A DNA stretch of 64,000 nucleotides from Chloroflexota bacterium (GCA_005881435.1 VBHP01000029.1:816-64815), one strand, 5' to 3'. Shown: positions 46,584-56,470, counted from the first letter of the stretch. Translations and numbers: made by a program. The notes: generated by a model not told the origin, from the letters alone.

Positions 46584-47099
46584 ATGAGCCTCAAGGAAGA
46601 AGCCCAGGGTTGGTTCGCCGGCCGGATCCCCGGCGGATGGTTCAGCGAAGCGCCGGAGGTACTCACCGATCGCGAGGAGATTCTGGTCATCGGTCGACTC
46701 GCGGACGTGCAGCTGGCCAAGGACAGCAGCGCCGATGCGCTCGCCGCGGCGCGAGCCGGCAGGATCAAGGAGTTCCGCGAGCGGACGCGCGACGAGCGCA
46801 TGGCCATCGCCAATGAGGCGCAACAGAAATTCGGTCGAGCTGTCTCCTGGGGCGCGAGAGCTGGAGACGTGACCGAGCTGTTCACGACGCTCTCGGTGCC
46901 GGTGATGACGCGACTGCGGATCAAGGAGCGAGAGCTTCTCGACGCGCTCGTGGACTCGGGCGTTGCGCGGAGCCGCAGCCACGCGCTGGCGTGGTGCGTC
47001 AAGCTCGTCGCCGATCATCAGGGCGAATGGGTCACCGAGCTGAAGGACACCGTCCGCCGGCTCGAGGAGCTCCGCGCCGGCGCACCACGGCCGAATTGA
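46584..47099 (+). CDS. Conserved hypothetical protein with C-terminal ribbon-helix-helix-like DNA-binding segment
   Basis: AGGAGG SD; PVMTRL..ERELLDALVDSGVARSRSHALAWCV has a strand-helix-G-xSRS-helix RHH pattern. Confidence 0.7.
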   Translation: MSLKEEAQGWFAGRIPGGWFSEAPEVLTDREEILVIGRLADVQLAKDSSADALAAARAGRIKEFRERTRDERMAIANEAQQKFGRAVSWGARAGDVTELFTTLSVPVMTRLRIKERELLDALVDSGVARSRSHALAWCVKLVADHQGEWVTELKDTVRRLEELRAGAPRPN

Positions 47100-48034
47100 C
47101 CGCGATGCGCGAACCGCTGGGCCAGCCGCTCTCGATCCTCGAAGCCCTCTCAGAGCAATTCGTTCGCGTCGTCGAACGGGTCTCGCCGGCGGTCGTGAAC
47201 GTGCGCTCGGGCCGCGGCGGCGGGAGCGGCGTGGTGATCACACCCGACGGCTATGTGCTGACGAACGCGCACGTCGTCGCGGAGGCACAGCGGGTGCAAC
47301 TGCGTCAGCGAGACGGGTCGGACATCACGGCCGACGTCGTCGGGACCGACGCGAGCACCGACCTGGCGGTGCTGCGCGCCTCCGCCTCCAGTCTCGAGGC
47401 TGCCGAGCTGGGCGACTCCGACGCGCTCCGTGTCGGTCAGATCGTCATTGCCATCGGCAATCCGCTCGGCCTGCAGTCGACGGTGACGCACGGTGTCGTC
47501 AGCGCGCTCGGGCGCAGCCTGCGCGCGCAGAACGGACGAATGATCGAGAACGTCATCCAGACCGACGCGCCGCTCAACCCCGGCAACTCGGGCGGCCCGC
47601 TGGTCGACGTCCACGGCGCCGTCATGGGCGTCAACAGCGCCATCATCGCGATGGCGCAGGGCATCTCGTTCGCGATCCCGTCGGCGACCGCGCGGTTCGT
47701 CGCGGCCGCGCTGATGCGTGACGGTCGCGTTCGGCGCGCGTACTTGGGCATTTCCGGCGCGCCGACCCCGATCGGCCGCGGTCTTGCGGCCGCGCTCGGC
47801 CTTGCGGTGCGCGAGGGCATCCGCGTCGTCGAAATCCTGTCGCGAGGTCCGGCCGAGCGCGGCGGACTCCGCGCCGGCGACATCCTCGTCAGCTTCGACG
47901 GGATCCAGATCCGAAGCCTCTCCGACCTCCAGCGTTGGTTGGACGCGAGCCGGGTCGGTCAAGCCGTGCTGGTGCGCGCGATCCGGCGTGGCGAGCTCGT
48001 GTCACTCACCGTGGTGCCCTCCGAAGCGCGCTGA
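47096..48034 (+). CDS. HtrA/DegP-like trypsin protease with PDZ domain (no signal peptide seen)
   Basis: LTNAHVV, DLAVL and NPGNSGGPL triad; PDZ GLRAGDIL; start TTG 47096 or ATG 47105. Confidence 0.9.
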   Translation: MTAMREPLGQPLSILEALSEQFVRVVERVSPAVVNVRSGRGGGSGVVITPDGYVLTNAHVVAEAQRVQLRQRDGSDITADVVGTDASTDLAVLRASASSLEAAELGDSDALRVGQIVIAIGNPLGLQSTVTHGVVSALGRSLRAQNGRMIENVIQTDAPLNPGNSGGPLVDVHGAVMGVNSAIIAMAQGISFAIPSATARFVAAALMRDGRVRRAYLGISGAPTPIGRGLAAALGLAVREGIRVVEILSRGPAERGGLRAGDILVSFDGIQIRSLSDLQRWLDASRVGQAVLVRAIRRGELVSLTVVPSEAR

Positions 48035-48070
48035 TCGCGAGGGGCGCAGTCTGGTAGCGTCCGGCCGAGC

Positions 48071-49603
48071 ATGGCGACGCGCCCTACGATTCGAGCGACC
48101 CACGGCCTCGTCGCGAGCGGACATCATCTTGCGACCACCGCCGGCGTCGAGGCACTGCGCGACGGTGGCAACGCGTTCGACGCCGCGGTGACGGCTGCAG
48201 CGGTGTGCGCCGTGGTGCTGCCGGCGCGGACGTCGATCGGAGGCGATCTCTTCGCCCTCGTGCACGACGCCCGCAGCCGCACGACCACGGCGTTCAACGG
48301 CAGCGGCCGATCGCCGAAGCGATTGAGCGCCGACGGCTTTCCCGACGGGTTTCCCGAGCGCGGCCCGCAGCTGCTCACGGTCCCGGGGGTGCTCGCCGCC
48401 TGGTCCGAGCTCCTCTCGCGGCATGGCACGTTCGATCTCACGCGCGCGCTGGATCCGGCGATCCGCTACGCCGAGGAGGGCTTCCCGGTCAGCGACGTCC
48501 TGGCGGCCGGCATCGCGGCGCACCGCGACGTGCTTTCCGCCGATCCGGGCTGCGCCGCCACCTTCCTTCCGCGTGGACGCGCGCCGCGTCCGGGCGAAGT
48601 GCTGACACAGCCGGATCTGGCGCGTTCACTTCAGCTCGTCGCCGAGCACGGCGCCGAGGTCTTCTATCGCGGCGAGCTGGGCGAGCGCTTCATCGCGGCG
48701 ATCCAGGAGGCCGGCGGCGTGCTCGGCCTCGACGACCTCGCCGCGCACGACACCGTCATCCGAGAGCCACTGGTGCTCGAGTACCGCGGCCTGCGCGTGC
48801 ACGGCCAGCCGCCGATCTCTCAGGGTCACGTGCTGCTGGAGGAGCTCGCCATCGCCGCGCAGGATGACCTTCGCGAGATGGGCTGGGGGAGCGCGGATCT
48901 GGTGCACCTCATGGTCGAAGCCAAGAAGCTCGCCTTCGCCGATCGCGACGCGGTCTCAGGCGACGTCCCCGGCTTCGACCCGAAGCTCCTGATCACGGCC
49001 GATCGCGCCGCCGAACGACGGCTGCAGATCGGTGGCAAAGCCGCGGACCACACCACCTATCTCGGTGCCATCGACCGCGACGGCAACGCGGTGTCGCTGA
49101 TCGAAAGCATCTTCTCCGAATTCGGCGCTGGATTCCTGGCGCCGGGGACGGGCATCGTCGCGAACAACCGTCTCACCGGATTTTCCCTCGAGGCGCGATC
49201 GCCGAACGCGTTGGCGCCGGCGAAGCGTCCCGTGCACACCTTGAATACTGTGCTCGTGACCGATGGCGCGAGGCCTCGTTTCATTTTCGGAACGCCCGGA
49301 CGCCACGCGCAGGTGCAAACCAATTTCCAGCTCGCGGTCGGGCTCATCGATTTCGAGATGGACGTGCAGGAGGCGATCGACGCGCCCCGCTGGTACCACG
49401 AGCGCGGCAGGCGGCTGCAGGTCGAAGGGCGCTGGCCGGAGGCCGTCCGCCGAGCGCTCGCGGCCCGCGGCCACCAACTCGAGATCCTTGCCGATTGGGC
49501 GCCGGTGACGGGCGGCGCGCAGGCCATCGCCGTCGATCGCGAGACCGGCGTCTTCAGCGGCGGCGCCGATCCGCGCCGGGAAGGCTACGCCGCGGGCTAC
49601 TGA
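48071..49603 (+). CDS. ggt: Gamma-glutamyltransferase family protein
   Basis: GGNAFDAA, IGGD, TVPG, HTTY nucleophile, KRPVHTL and GADPRREG motifs. Confidence 0.9.
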   Translation: MATRPTIRATHGLVASGHHLATTAGVEALRDGGNAFDAAVTAAAVCAVVLPARTSIGGDLFALVHDARSRTTTAFNGSGRSPKRLSADGFPDGFPERGPQLLTVPGVLAAWSELLSRHGTFDLTRALDPAIRYAEEGFPVSDVLAAGIAAHRDVLSADPGCAATFLPRGRAPRPGEVLTQPDLARSLQLVAEHGAEVFYRGELGERFIAAIQEAGGVLGLDDLAAHDTVIREPLVLEYRGLRVHGQPPISQGHVLLEELAIAAQDDLREMGWGSADLVHLMVEAKKLAFADRDAVSGDVPGFDPKLLITADRAAERRLQIGGKAADHTTYLGAIDRDGNAVSLIESIFSEFGAGFLAPGTGIVANNRLTGFSLEARSPNALAPAKRPVHTLNTVLVTDGARPRFIFGTPGRHAQVQTNFQLAVGLIDFEMDVQEAIDAPRWYHERGRRLQVEGRWPEAVRRALAARGHQLEILADWAPVTGGAQAIAVDRETGVFSGGADPRREGYAAGY

Positions 49604-49637
49604 AACCGATCTCGCTGGCGCACCATTAGATGGAGAA

Positions 49638-51734
49638 GTGATGCTGCGACGCTTCGCGCTCGCGTTCGGCGCGCTCCTCGTCGTGACGATCGCGTGCGAG
49701 GCGCCGGCGCCGAAGCCCGAAGATGCCGCACGCATCTACGCCGACGCGTGGCAGGGCGCGAGCTACACCGCGATGTACGACCTGCTGACTCCTGCCGCGC
49801 AGAAGCGCGTCGCGCGCGACGCGTTCGTGACGCGCTACGGAAATATCGCTGACGAGATGTCGCTGACGGGCGTCGCGGTGACGCCCGGCCTGGCGACGCC
49901 GGAACAGGATGCATCGCAGAAGCCTATCGACGGTCGCGTCGATGTGCCGCTCACGGTGCAGTACCGCACCACAAAGGTCGATCCCTTCACGCGAACGGTG
50001 CCACTCATCCTGGTGCGGCAGCCAGACAAGACCTGGAGGGTCGATTGGACGCCCGAGGCCATCGTCCCGGGCCTCTCCGGCGACCGGCTGGTCCGGATGA
50101 CACGGCAAGTGCCGACGCGCGGGCGCATCATCGCCCGCGACGGGTCCGAGCTTGCGACGTTCGGCGACGCCTTCGAGGTCGGCGTCGTGCCCGGTCAGAT
50201 CAAGGACGAGGCGGCGATGCTGCAGAGCCTCGCGCCGCTGGTCGGCCTGCCGGAAGCGGAGATCAAGAAGCGCTACGCCAACGGACAGCCGGACTGGTTC
50301 ATGCCGGTTCGGGTCATGCCGCCCGCGACGCCGGCCGACGTGCGTCAGAAGCTCGGCCTCATCGAGGGCGTGCAGCTGCGGCCGGCGCGGGTGCGGCAAT
50401 ACCCGCAAGGCACGCTCGCTGCGCACGTCATCGGGTACGTCGGCGTGATCACTGTCGAGGAGTTGCAGAAGCTCGGGCCGAAGGGCTACCAGGACGGCGA
50501 CCTGGTGGGCAAGACCGGCTTGGAGCAGACGCTCGAAGACGTTCTCGCCGGCACCTTCGGCTGGCGGCTCGGAATCGTCGCGCCGGATGGCACGCAGACG
50601 GCGATCCTCGGTGAGCGCGTGGCGGAACAGGGCCAGGACGTGCAGCTCTCGCTCGACATCACCTTGCAGCGGGCGGCGGAAGCCGCGCTCGCCCCGGAGC
50701 CGAAAGCGGCGGTGGTGGTCGAGGATCTGAATACCGGCGAGATACTCGCCATTGCCTCGCGACCCAGCTTCGATCCGAACGCGTTCGCCGGCGGCGACGT
50801 GGCCACGACCTCGCGGTACCTCACCGACGCGACGCGCCCACTGTTCGATCGCGCCACCTTCGGGCAATACCCGACCGGCTCGTCGTTCAAGATGATCACG
50901 TCGTTCGCCGCGCTCCGAGAGGGCGTGCTGCAACTTGGCGAAAAGGTGCCGTGTCCGGCCGTCTGGACCGGGTACGGCGACAAGTACAAGCAGCTCAACC
51001 ACGAGACCGGCGACCTCGGCCCGATCGATCTTCACACCGCGCTGTCGCGCTCGTGCAACACCTTCTATTACGAGCTCGGAAAGCGACTGAACGACAAAGA
51101 CCAGCACCTGCTGCCGAGCACCGCCAAGTCGTTCGGGCTGGGCAAGGCGACCGACATCGACTACGTCCTCGAGGCCGAGGGCTTCGTGCCGACGCCGGAG
51201 CAGCCGGTGCCCGGCACAGCGGCGGATCGCGTCTGGCTTCCCGGCGACGCGACGAACCTGGCGATCGGGCAGGGGCAGCTGCTTGCGACACCGCTACAAA
51301 TGGCGAATTACGTCTCCGCCGTGCTCAACGACGGCACCCTACTCAAACCTCGTCTGGTGCTGAAAATTCAGAAGCGCGACGGGACCGTGGTGAAGATGTT
51401 CGAGCGCGCCGAGCTGGGCAAGGCGAACACGCGACCTCAGGACTTCGCCGCGGTACGCGACGGCATGCGCGGCGTCGTCGCCGACCGCGACGGCACCGCA
51501 TATTTCCCGTTCCTGGGCTTTTCCGTGCCGGTGCTCGGGAAATCCGGTACCGCCGAGACCGCCGTCGGCAAGCCGGATGGCTGGTTCATCGCTGGCGCGC
51601 CCTACGGCACTCCCACAGTGGCGGTCGCAGCCCTCGCGGAGGAAGTGATCGAACGGCCGGGAACGTTCGCCTCGGTGAACTCCGCCGCGATCGCCCGCAA
51701 GACGCTCGCTGCGGCGCTGCACGTGTCGCCCTGA
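49638..51734 (+). CDS. Class B penicillin-binding protein with MecA_N/NTF2-like N-terminus, lipoprotein
   Basis: TIAC lipobox; RGRIIARDG and GKTGLE; SSFK, SCN and KSGT transpeptidase motifs. Confidence 0.9.
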   Translation: MMLRRFALAFGALLVVTIACEAPAPKPEDAARIYADAWQGASYTAMYDLLTPAAQKRVARDAFVTRYGNIADEMSLTGVAVTPGLATPEQDASQKPIDGRVDVPLTVQYRTTKVDPFTRTVPLILVRQPDKTWRVDWTPEAIVPGLSGDRLVRMTRQVPTRGRIIARDGSELATFGDAFEVGVVPGQIKDEAAMLQSLAPLVGLPEAEIKKRYANGQPDWFMPVRVMPPATPADVRQKLGLIEGVQLRPARVRQYPQGTLAAHVIGYVGVITVEELQKLGPKGYQDGDLVGKTGLEQTLEDVLAGTFGWRLGIVAPDGTQTAILGERVAEQGQDVQLSLDITLQRAAEAALAPEPKAAVVVEDLNTGEILAIASRPSFDPNAFAGGDVATTSRYLTDATRPLFDRATFGQYPTGSSFKMITSFAALREGVLQLGEKVPCPAVWTGYGDKYKQLNHETGDLGPIDLHTALSRSCNTFYYELGKRLNDKDQHLLPSTAKSFGLGKATDIDYVLEAEGFVPTPEQPVPGTAADRVWLPGDATNLAIGQGQLLATPLQMANYVSAVLNDGTLLKPRLVLKIQKRDGTVVKMFERAELGKANTRPQDFAAVRDGMRGVVADRDGTAYFPFLGFSVPVLGKSGTAETAVGKPDGWFIAGAPYGTPTVAVAALAEEVIERPGTFASVNSAAIARKTLAAALHVSP

Positions 51735-51748
51735 TCCTCGAGCGAGCG

Positions 51749-51778
51749 TTGACTGACGCCGGAGCGGGCCGTTAGAGT
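51749..51778 (+). promoter_or_regulatory. Sigma70-type promoter of the greA operon
   Basis: TTGACT-N18-TAGAGT. Confidence 0.6.
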
Positions 51779-51800
51779 ACCTGGGACAGAACGGCTTCAT

Positions 51801-51837
51801 GAGTGCTGAGGGCGCCAGCCTTCAGTGCTTTTATTTT
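51801..51837 (+). terminator. Terminator/attenuator in the greA 5' leader
   Basis: GAGTGCTGAGGGC-GCCA-GCCTTCAGTGCTT (with G-U pairs) followed by TTATTTT. Confidence 0.7.
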
Positions 51838-51903
51838 CTGAAAGCAGCGTTCTAGAGGTACAAGGCACGGCCCGCTTTTTGGGCGTGCCGGGAGGTTCTC
51901 GAG

Positions 51904-52371
51904 ATGGCGACAGACAAGCCCGTCTACGTGTCCGCCGAAGGGCTCGCGAAGCTCGAGGAAGAGCTCGAGCACCTGCGCACCGAGCGCCGCAAGGAAGTCG
52001 CCGAGCGTATCCACTCGGCCATGGAATTCGGCGACTACTCCGAAAACTCGGAGCTCGAGGACGCCAAGAACGAGCAGGCGTTCATGGAAGGTCGCATCTT
52101 GACCCTCGAGCAGATGCTCAAGAACGCTGTCGTCATCGATCAGAACGGTCATCACGACAAGGTCGAGCTGGGAAGTCACATCGTCGTCGAGGTCGACGGC
52201 GAGCGTGAGAACTACACCGTTGTCGGATCGGCCGAAGCCAATCCGGCTGAGGGTCGTATCAGCAACGAGTCGCCGGTCGGTCGCGCCTTGCTCGGGCATC
52301 GCGCCGGCGACAAGGTCCGAGCGGTCGTCCCGGCAGGAGAGATAGATATGAAGATCGTGGCGGTGCGATAG
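51904..52371 (+). CDS. greA: Transcription elongation factor GreA
   Basis: GDYSENSE, GRILTLE and ISNESPVGRALLG motifs; GGAGGT SD. Confidence 0.96.
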   Translation: MATDKPVYVSAEGLAKLEEELEHLRTERRKEVAERIHSAMEFGDYSENSELEDAKNEQAFMEGRILTLEQMLKNAVVIDQNGHHDKVELGSHIVVEVDGERENYTVVGSAEANPAEGRISNESPVGRALLGHRAGDKVRAVVPAGEIDMKIVAVR

Positions 52372-52374
52372 ACG

Positions 52375-53943
52375 GTGTTCTGGGCGGACGAGCTCGCGCG
52401 GCATGTGCCGCCGGGCCAGCCGCAGGTGGTGAACGATTCGAAGACGCCATCCGGAAGCATTCCGATCAGCAGCCTGCGCGGCCCGATCATTCACGACGCC
52501 ATCACCCGTGCCTTACGCGCGGCCGGGGTCACCGCGACGTTCCTCTATGGCAGCGACGACGTGGATCCGATGGACAGTCAGTCGATGAAGACGGATGCGG
52601 CCATCGCGCCGCATATGGGGAAGCCGCTGTACGCGATCCCGGCGCCGGAAGCTGGCGGCACCGACTTTGCCGATCTGTACACGAACCGTTTCCTGTCGTC
52701 GTTCCCGGAGTTGGGGCTGCATCCCGACCAGCTGTATCGCATGCGCGATCTGTATCGCGACGGCAAGCTCGACGCGTCGATCGACCTGGCGCTGCGCAAC
52801 GCCGACGTGGCCCGCGAAGTGCTTGCGCGCGTCGCGAAGGTGAACAAGGACGCGGGCTACTTTCCGCTGCATGTCATCTGTGAGAACTGCGGGCGTATCG
52901 GCACGACGAGGGTCACGTCGTACGACGGTCGAGAAGTCACCTACGAATGCCGCAAGGATCTGGTGTCCTGGGCCGAGGGCTGCGGTCACTCCGGGAAGAC
53001 ATCGCCGTTCGGCGGCCGCGCGAAGCTCCCGTGGAACTTCGAATGGTGCGCGCAGTGGGATGTGTTCGGCGTGACCATCGAGGGCTGCGGCAAGGACCTG
53101 GCGACCGCCGGCGGCTCGCGCGACCGTTCCGACGAGTTGTTCCGCGCGATCTGGAAGAAGGAGCCGCCGATCCGGGTGACATATGAGTTCGTCACCGTCG
53201 CCGGAAAGAAGATGTCGACCTCACACGCGGAGGCCTGGCGTCACCTCGGCGCCGCCGCGCATGAGATCGTGGAGCTGCTGACCGGCGAGATCGTTCGCTT
53301 TCTGATGCTCCGCACGCGGCCGTCGTCGACGATCGAGTTCGATCCCAGTGGGGACCGCATCCCAAAGCTGTTCGACGAGTACGACCGCGCGCAAGATGCG
53401 TATCTGAACGATCCCGCCAGTGATCTCGGCCGCATCTACGCCATGTCGCAGCTGTCCACGAAGGTGCAGACGGGGTTTCGGGTGCCATTCGGCCTGCTGG
53501 CGAATTGGCTGCAGATGCCGCATCTGGATCCGAAGGCGCAGGCCGAGCAGCTCGTGGGCCGCAAGCTGACCGACTGGGAGACGAATGAGCTGGCCCGTCG
53601 CATCGCCGTCGCGCGCGTGTGGCTGGAACGGTGGGCGCCGGAGCAGGCTCGCTTCAGCGTCGCCACCGCTCTCCCGGAGGCGGCGCACGAGCTCAACGAG
53701 CGCCAACGCGAGCTGCTGCGGCGGCTGATGCCGTTCGTCGGGGACTCCCTCGGTGCGGAGGAGCTTCAGGCGAAGATCTACGAGCTGAGCCGCGAGCTCG
53801 GCATCGAGTCGAACGCGGTCGCATTCGCCGCCGTGTACCTCGCGTTCATCGGAAAGCCGCATGGTCCGCACGCCGGCCGACTCCTGGCGTCGCAGAATCG
53901 CGAGTTCGTCCGCCGGCGCCTGGAGGAGGCGGCGCGCGCATGA
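52375..53943 (+). CDS. lysK: Class I lysyl-tRNA synthetase (signature motifs degenerate)
   Basis: MFWAD, KTPSG, DDVDPMD, GKPLYAIPAP, CENCG, KLPW..EW, EGCGKD and KMSTS motifs. Confidence 0.85.
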   Translation: MFWADELARHVPPGQPQVVNDSKTPSGSIPISSLRGPIIHDAITRALRAAGVTATFLYGSDDVDPMDSQSMKTDAAIAPHMGKPLYAIPAPEAGGTDFADLYTNRFLSSFPELGLHPDQLYRMRDLYRDGKLDASIDLALRNADVAREVLARVAKVNKDAGYFPLHVICENCGRIGTTRVTSYDGREVTYECRKDLVSWAEGCGHSGKTSPFGGRAKLPWNFEWCAQWDVFGVTIEGCGKDLATAGGSRDRSDELFRAIWKKEPPIRVTYEFVTVAGKKMSTSHAEAWRHLGAAAHEIVELLTGEIVRFLMLRTRPSSTIEFDPSGDRIPKLFDEYDRAQDAYLNDPASDLGRIYAMSQLSTKVQTGFRVPFGLLANWLQMPHLDPKAQAEQLVGRKLTDWETNELARRIAVARVWLERWAPEQARFSVATALPEAAHELNERQRELLRRLMPFVGDSLGAEELQAKIYELSRELGIESNAVAFAAVYLAFIGKPHGPHAGRLLASQNREFVRRRLEEAARA

Positions 53944-55598
53944 ACGGACAACTGGCGGTCGCGATCGTCTGGCACATGCACCAGCCGTACTACCGCCATC
54001 CCCAGACCAGCGAGGTCGTCCTGCCGTGGGTGCGCCTGCACGCGGCGAAGGACTACCTGCACATGGCGCGGCTGCTTCACGAGTTCCCCAATGTGAAGGT
54101 GAACTTCACTCTCGTCCCCGCGCTGCACGATCAGCTCGAGGAGGTCGCGCGCGGCGAGGACGATGCCGACGCCCGCCTGACGTTGCGGTCGGGCGACGGC
54201 GGCCTTTCGGTCGACGATCGCTTGCACCTGCTGCGGCGCTTCTTCTCCATCTCGCATCAGCGGGTCGTGCACCGCATCCCGGACTACGCGCGACTGCACA
54301 ACCTGCGCATGGCGGCCGGCGACCGCCCCGACCTGCTCTCGAGCTCCTACTTCCGCGACCTCGCGGCCTGGTTCAACCTGGCCTGGATCGATCCGGAGCT
54401 CCTTACCATCGACGACCGTCTGGTGCGCCTGCGCGATCGCGGGCGGAACTTCTCGCGCGACGACCTCCAGTACATCCTGTCGCGACACCGCAACATGGCG
54501 TCCGGTGTGGTGCGGCTATACCACCGTCTGCAGAAAGCGGGTCAGATCGAGGTCGTCACGGTACCGGCGTATCACCCGATCCTGCCGTTGATCATCGATT
54601 CCGACGTGGCGCGGCACTCGGACCCGAACGCGGTCCTGCCACAGCCGCCGTTCCGCTGGCCCGAGGATGCCGCGGCACACGTCGACGACGCCGTGCGGCA
54701 GTACGAGCAGGTCTTCGATCACAAGCCGACGGGGCTCTGGCCGGCCGAGGGCGCGGTCAGTCCCGAGGCCGCGGACATCATCGCCAAGCGCGGCATCCGG
54801 TGGTTCGCGACGGACGAGGGCATCCTCGCGAATTCGATCGGCGCTCAGATCTGGCGCGACGACGTCGGTGCGCTGACCGACCCGGCGCTGCTCTATCGCC
54901 CCTACCGCCTGGCGAATGGGATGAGCGTGATCTTCCGCGACCGCGAGCTCTCGGATCGCATCGGGTTCGCCTACGGCCACATGAATCCCGCCGATGCCGT
55001 CGGCGAAATGATCGCGCGGCTCGCGCGGGCTCGCGATCGATTGTCCGACGGTGGCGGACCGTACCTGGCCTCGATCATCCTCGACGGCGAGAACGCCTGG
55101 GAGGGCTACTCCAACAACGGCAACGAGTTTTTGCGCGCGCTGTACGGCGCGCTGAACGCGGATCAGCGGTTCGTCACCGTGCGCGTCTCGGAGTTCCTGG
55201 AGCAGAATCCGGCGCAGGTCGAGCTGCCACGGCTCCACTCGGGCTCGTGGATCGACGCTAACTACCGCGTGTGGATCGGCGAGGAGGGACATCTGCGCGC
55301 CTGGAATCTGCTCGGGCGTACCCGCGCTTTCGCCGCCGAGCAGTGGGGCGCGTTGGGCGAGATGCCCGCGAACGTCGCGCGGGCGTTGATGGTCGCGCAA
55401 GGCAGCGACTGGTTCTGGTGGTACAGCTCGCGAAATTCCAGCCCCGAGGATCTCGTCTTCGACGAGCTGTTCCGCGCCAACCTCGAGGTGGTGTGGTGGT
55501 GGGGCGGCACCGAGCCTCCCGCGGAGCTCCGCCAGCCGCTGACCGCGCCACAGGTCGCTCCGGTCGGCGGCGCGATGCTGCCCGGCCGCACCGAATAG
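53940..55598 (+). CDS. GH57 glycoside hydrolase (amylopullulanase-like)
   Basis: WHMHQP, HPILPL, WPAEG, LDGENAWE and GSDWFWW motifs. Confidence 0.92.
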   Translation: MNGQLAVAIVWHMHQPYYRHPQTSEVVLPWVRLHAAKDYLHMARLLHEFPNVKVNFTLVPALHDQLEEVARGEDDADARLTLRSGDGGLSVDDRLHLLRRFFSISHQRVVHRIPDYARLHNLRMAAGDRPDLLSSSYFRDLAAWFNLAWIDPELLTIDDRLVRLRDRGRNFSRDDLQYILSRHRNMASGVVRLYHRLQKAGQIEVVTVPAYHPILPLIIDSDVARHSDPNAVLPQPPFRWPEDAAAHVDDAVRQYEQVFDHKPTGLWPAEGAVSPEAADIIAKRGIRWFATDEGILANSIGAQIWRDDVGALTDPALLYRPYRLANGMSVIFRDRELSDRIGFAYGHMNPADAVGEMIARLARARDRLSDGGGPYLASIILDGENAWEGYSNNGNEFLRALYGALNADQRFVTVRVSEFLEQNPAQVELPRLHSGSWIDANYRVWIGEEGHLRAWNLLGRTRAFAAEQWGALGEMPANVARALMVAQGSDWFWWYSSRNSSPEDLVFDELFRANLEVVWWWGGTEPPAELRQPLTAPQVAPVGGAMLPGRTE

Positions 55599-55627
55599 CA
55601 CCGTACCCGGCCCGCGTCTCTGTTCCT

Positions 55628-56113
55628 GTGCGGGCTCGAGCCCTCGTGGCATTGCTCCTCGGCGCGTGCACTTCGGTGGTGCCGCCATCGGAGCCGCCGC
55701 ACGACGTCTCCAGACTCGACGCGAGTGAGGCGGTGCTGTTCCGATTCGTCGACGCCTACAACGCCGGTCGACTCGACGACGCCATGGCGCTCGTGGACGA
55801 CACGATCGTCGGCAGCGATTGCGACTACCGCACCATCAGCGCCTTCAGCGAACGAGGCGCGGCTGAATTCCGCGGCTGGCTCGCGGCGCGAATCGCCGAT
55901 CGCGATCGCCTTCTCGGAGCGACGATCGAGTCGTCGGCTGACGCGCTCGCGGTGAGCTTCCGCGAACGCTGGAGCGACACGCTCCGCGGGCTCGGATACC
56001 CGAACGGGATCGCGCCGAAGCTCGGTGCCAAAGTCGCCGTCTTCGACGGCCGGATCCGCGCCTTCGCCCTCGGCCCGCTCGGCGGCGACCAGGATCTCTG
56101 CCGCCCGTCATAG
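55628..56113 (+). CDS. Lipoprotein with SnoaL/NTF2-like domain
   Basis: LLGAC lipobox; FVDAYNAGRLDDAMALV SnoaL-type helix. Confidence 0.65.
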   Translation: MRARALVALLLGACTSVVPPSEPPHDVSRLDASEAVLFRFVDAYNAGRLDDAMALVDDTIVGSDCDYRTISAFSERGAAEFRGWLAARIADRDRLLGATIESSADALAVSFRERWSDTLRGLGYPNGIAPKLGAKVAVFDGRIRAFALGPLGGDQDLCRPS

Positions 56114-56179
56114 CGACCCCAAGGCGTGATCGTCATCGTAGTCCGTTCCGCGCTATATCGCGCCGCGTACTATTGTCGA

Positions 56180-56470
56180 GTGGCGCTCTCCGAGGAGGCA
56201 CGCCTCATACTCGTTAGCCTCGCCGATGGAGCGAAGCACGGTTACGCGATCGCGCAGGACGTGGAGCGTTTCGCCTCACGACGTCTCGGTCCGGGAACCC
56301 TTTACGGGGCGATCGCGCGCTTGGAATCATGGGGTTACATCGAGCCGCTCGCCGGGGATGCGCGGCGGCGCCCGTATCGATTGACGAGCGCAGGCCTGCG
56401 GGCGCTCAAGAGTGAGATACACGTGCTTCGCCGCCTGACTTCCGCGGCGGCGCGGCGCCTCGCGCGATGA
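56180..56470 (+). CDS. PadR-family transcriptional regulator
   Basis: KHGYAI, LGPGTLYGAIARL and RRPYRLT motifs; TACTAT-N6-GTG. Confidence 0.9.
   Translation: MALSEEARLILVSLADGAKHGYAIAQDVERFASRRLGPGTLYGAIARLESWGYIEPLAGDARRRPYRLTSAGLRALKSEIHVLRRLTSAAARRLAR

Noticed and set aside
51785-51900. T-box, lysine riboswitch, SRP or 6S RNA
   Set aside because: No TGGnACC T-box motif and no SRP GGAA-loop motif; too short for these RNAs. Kept only as an attenuator-like leader.
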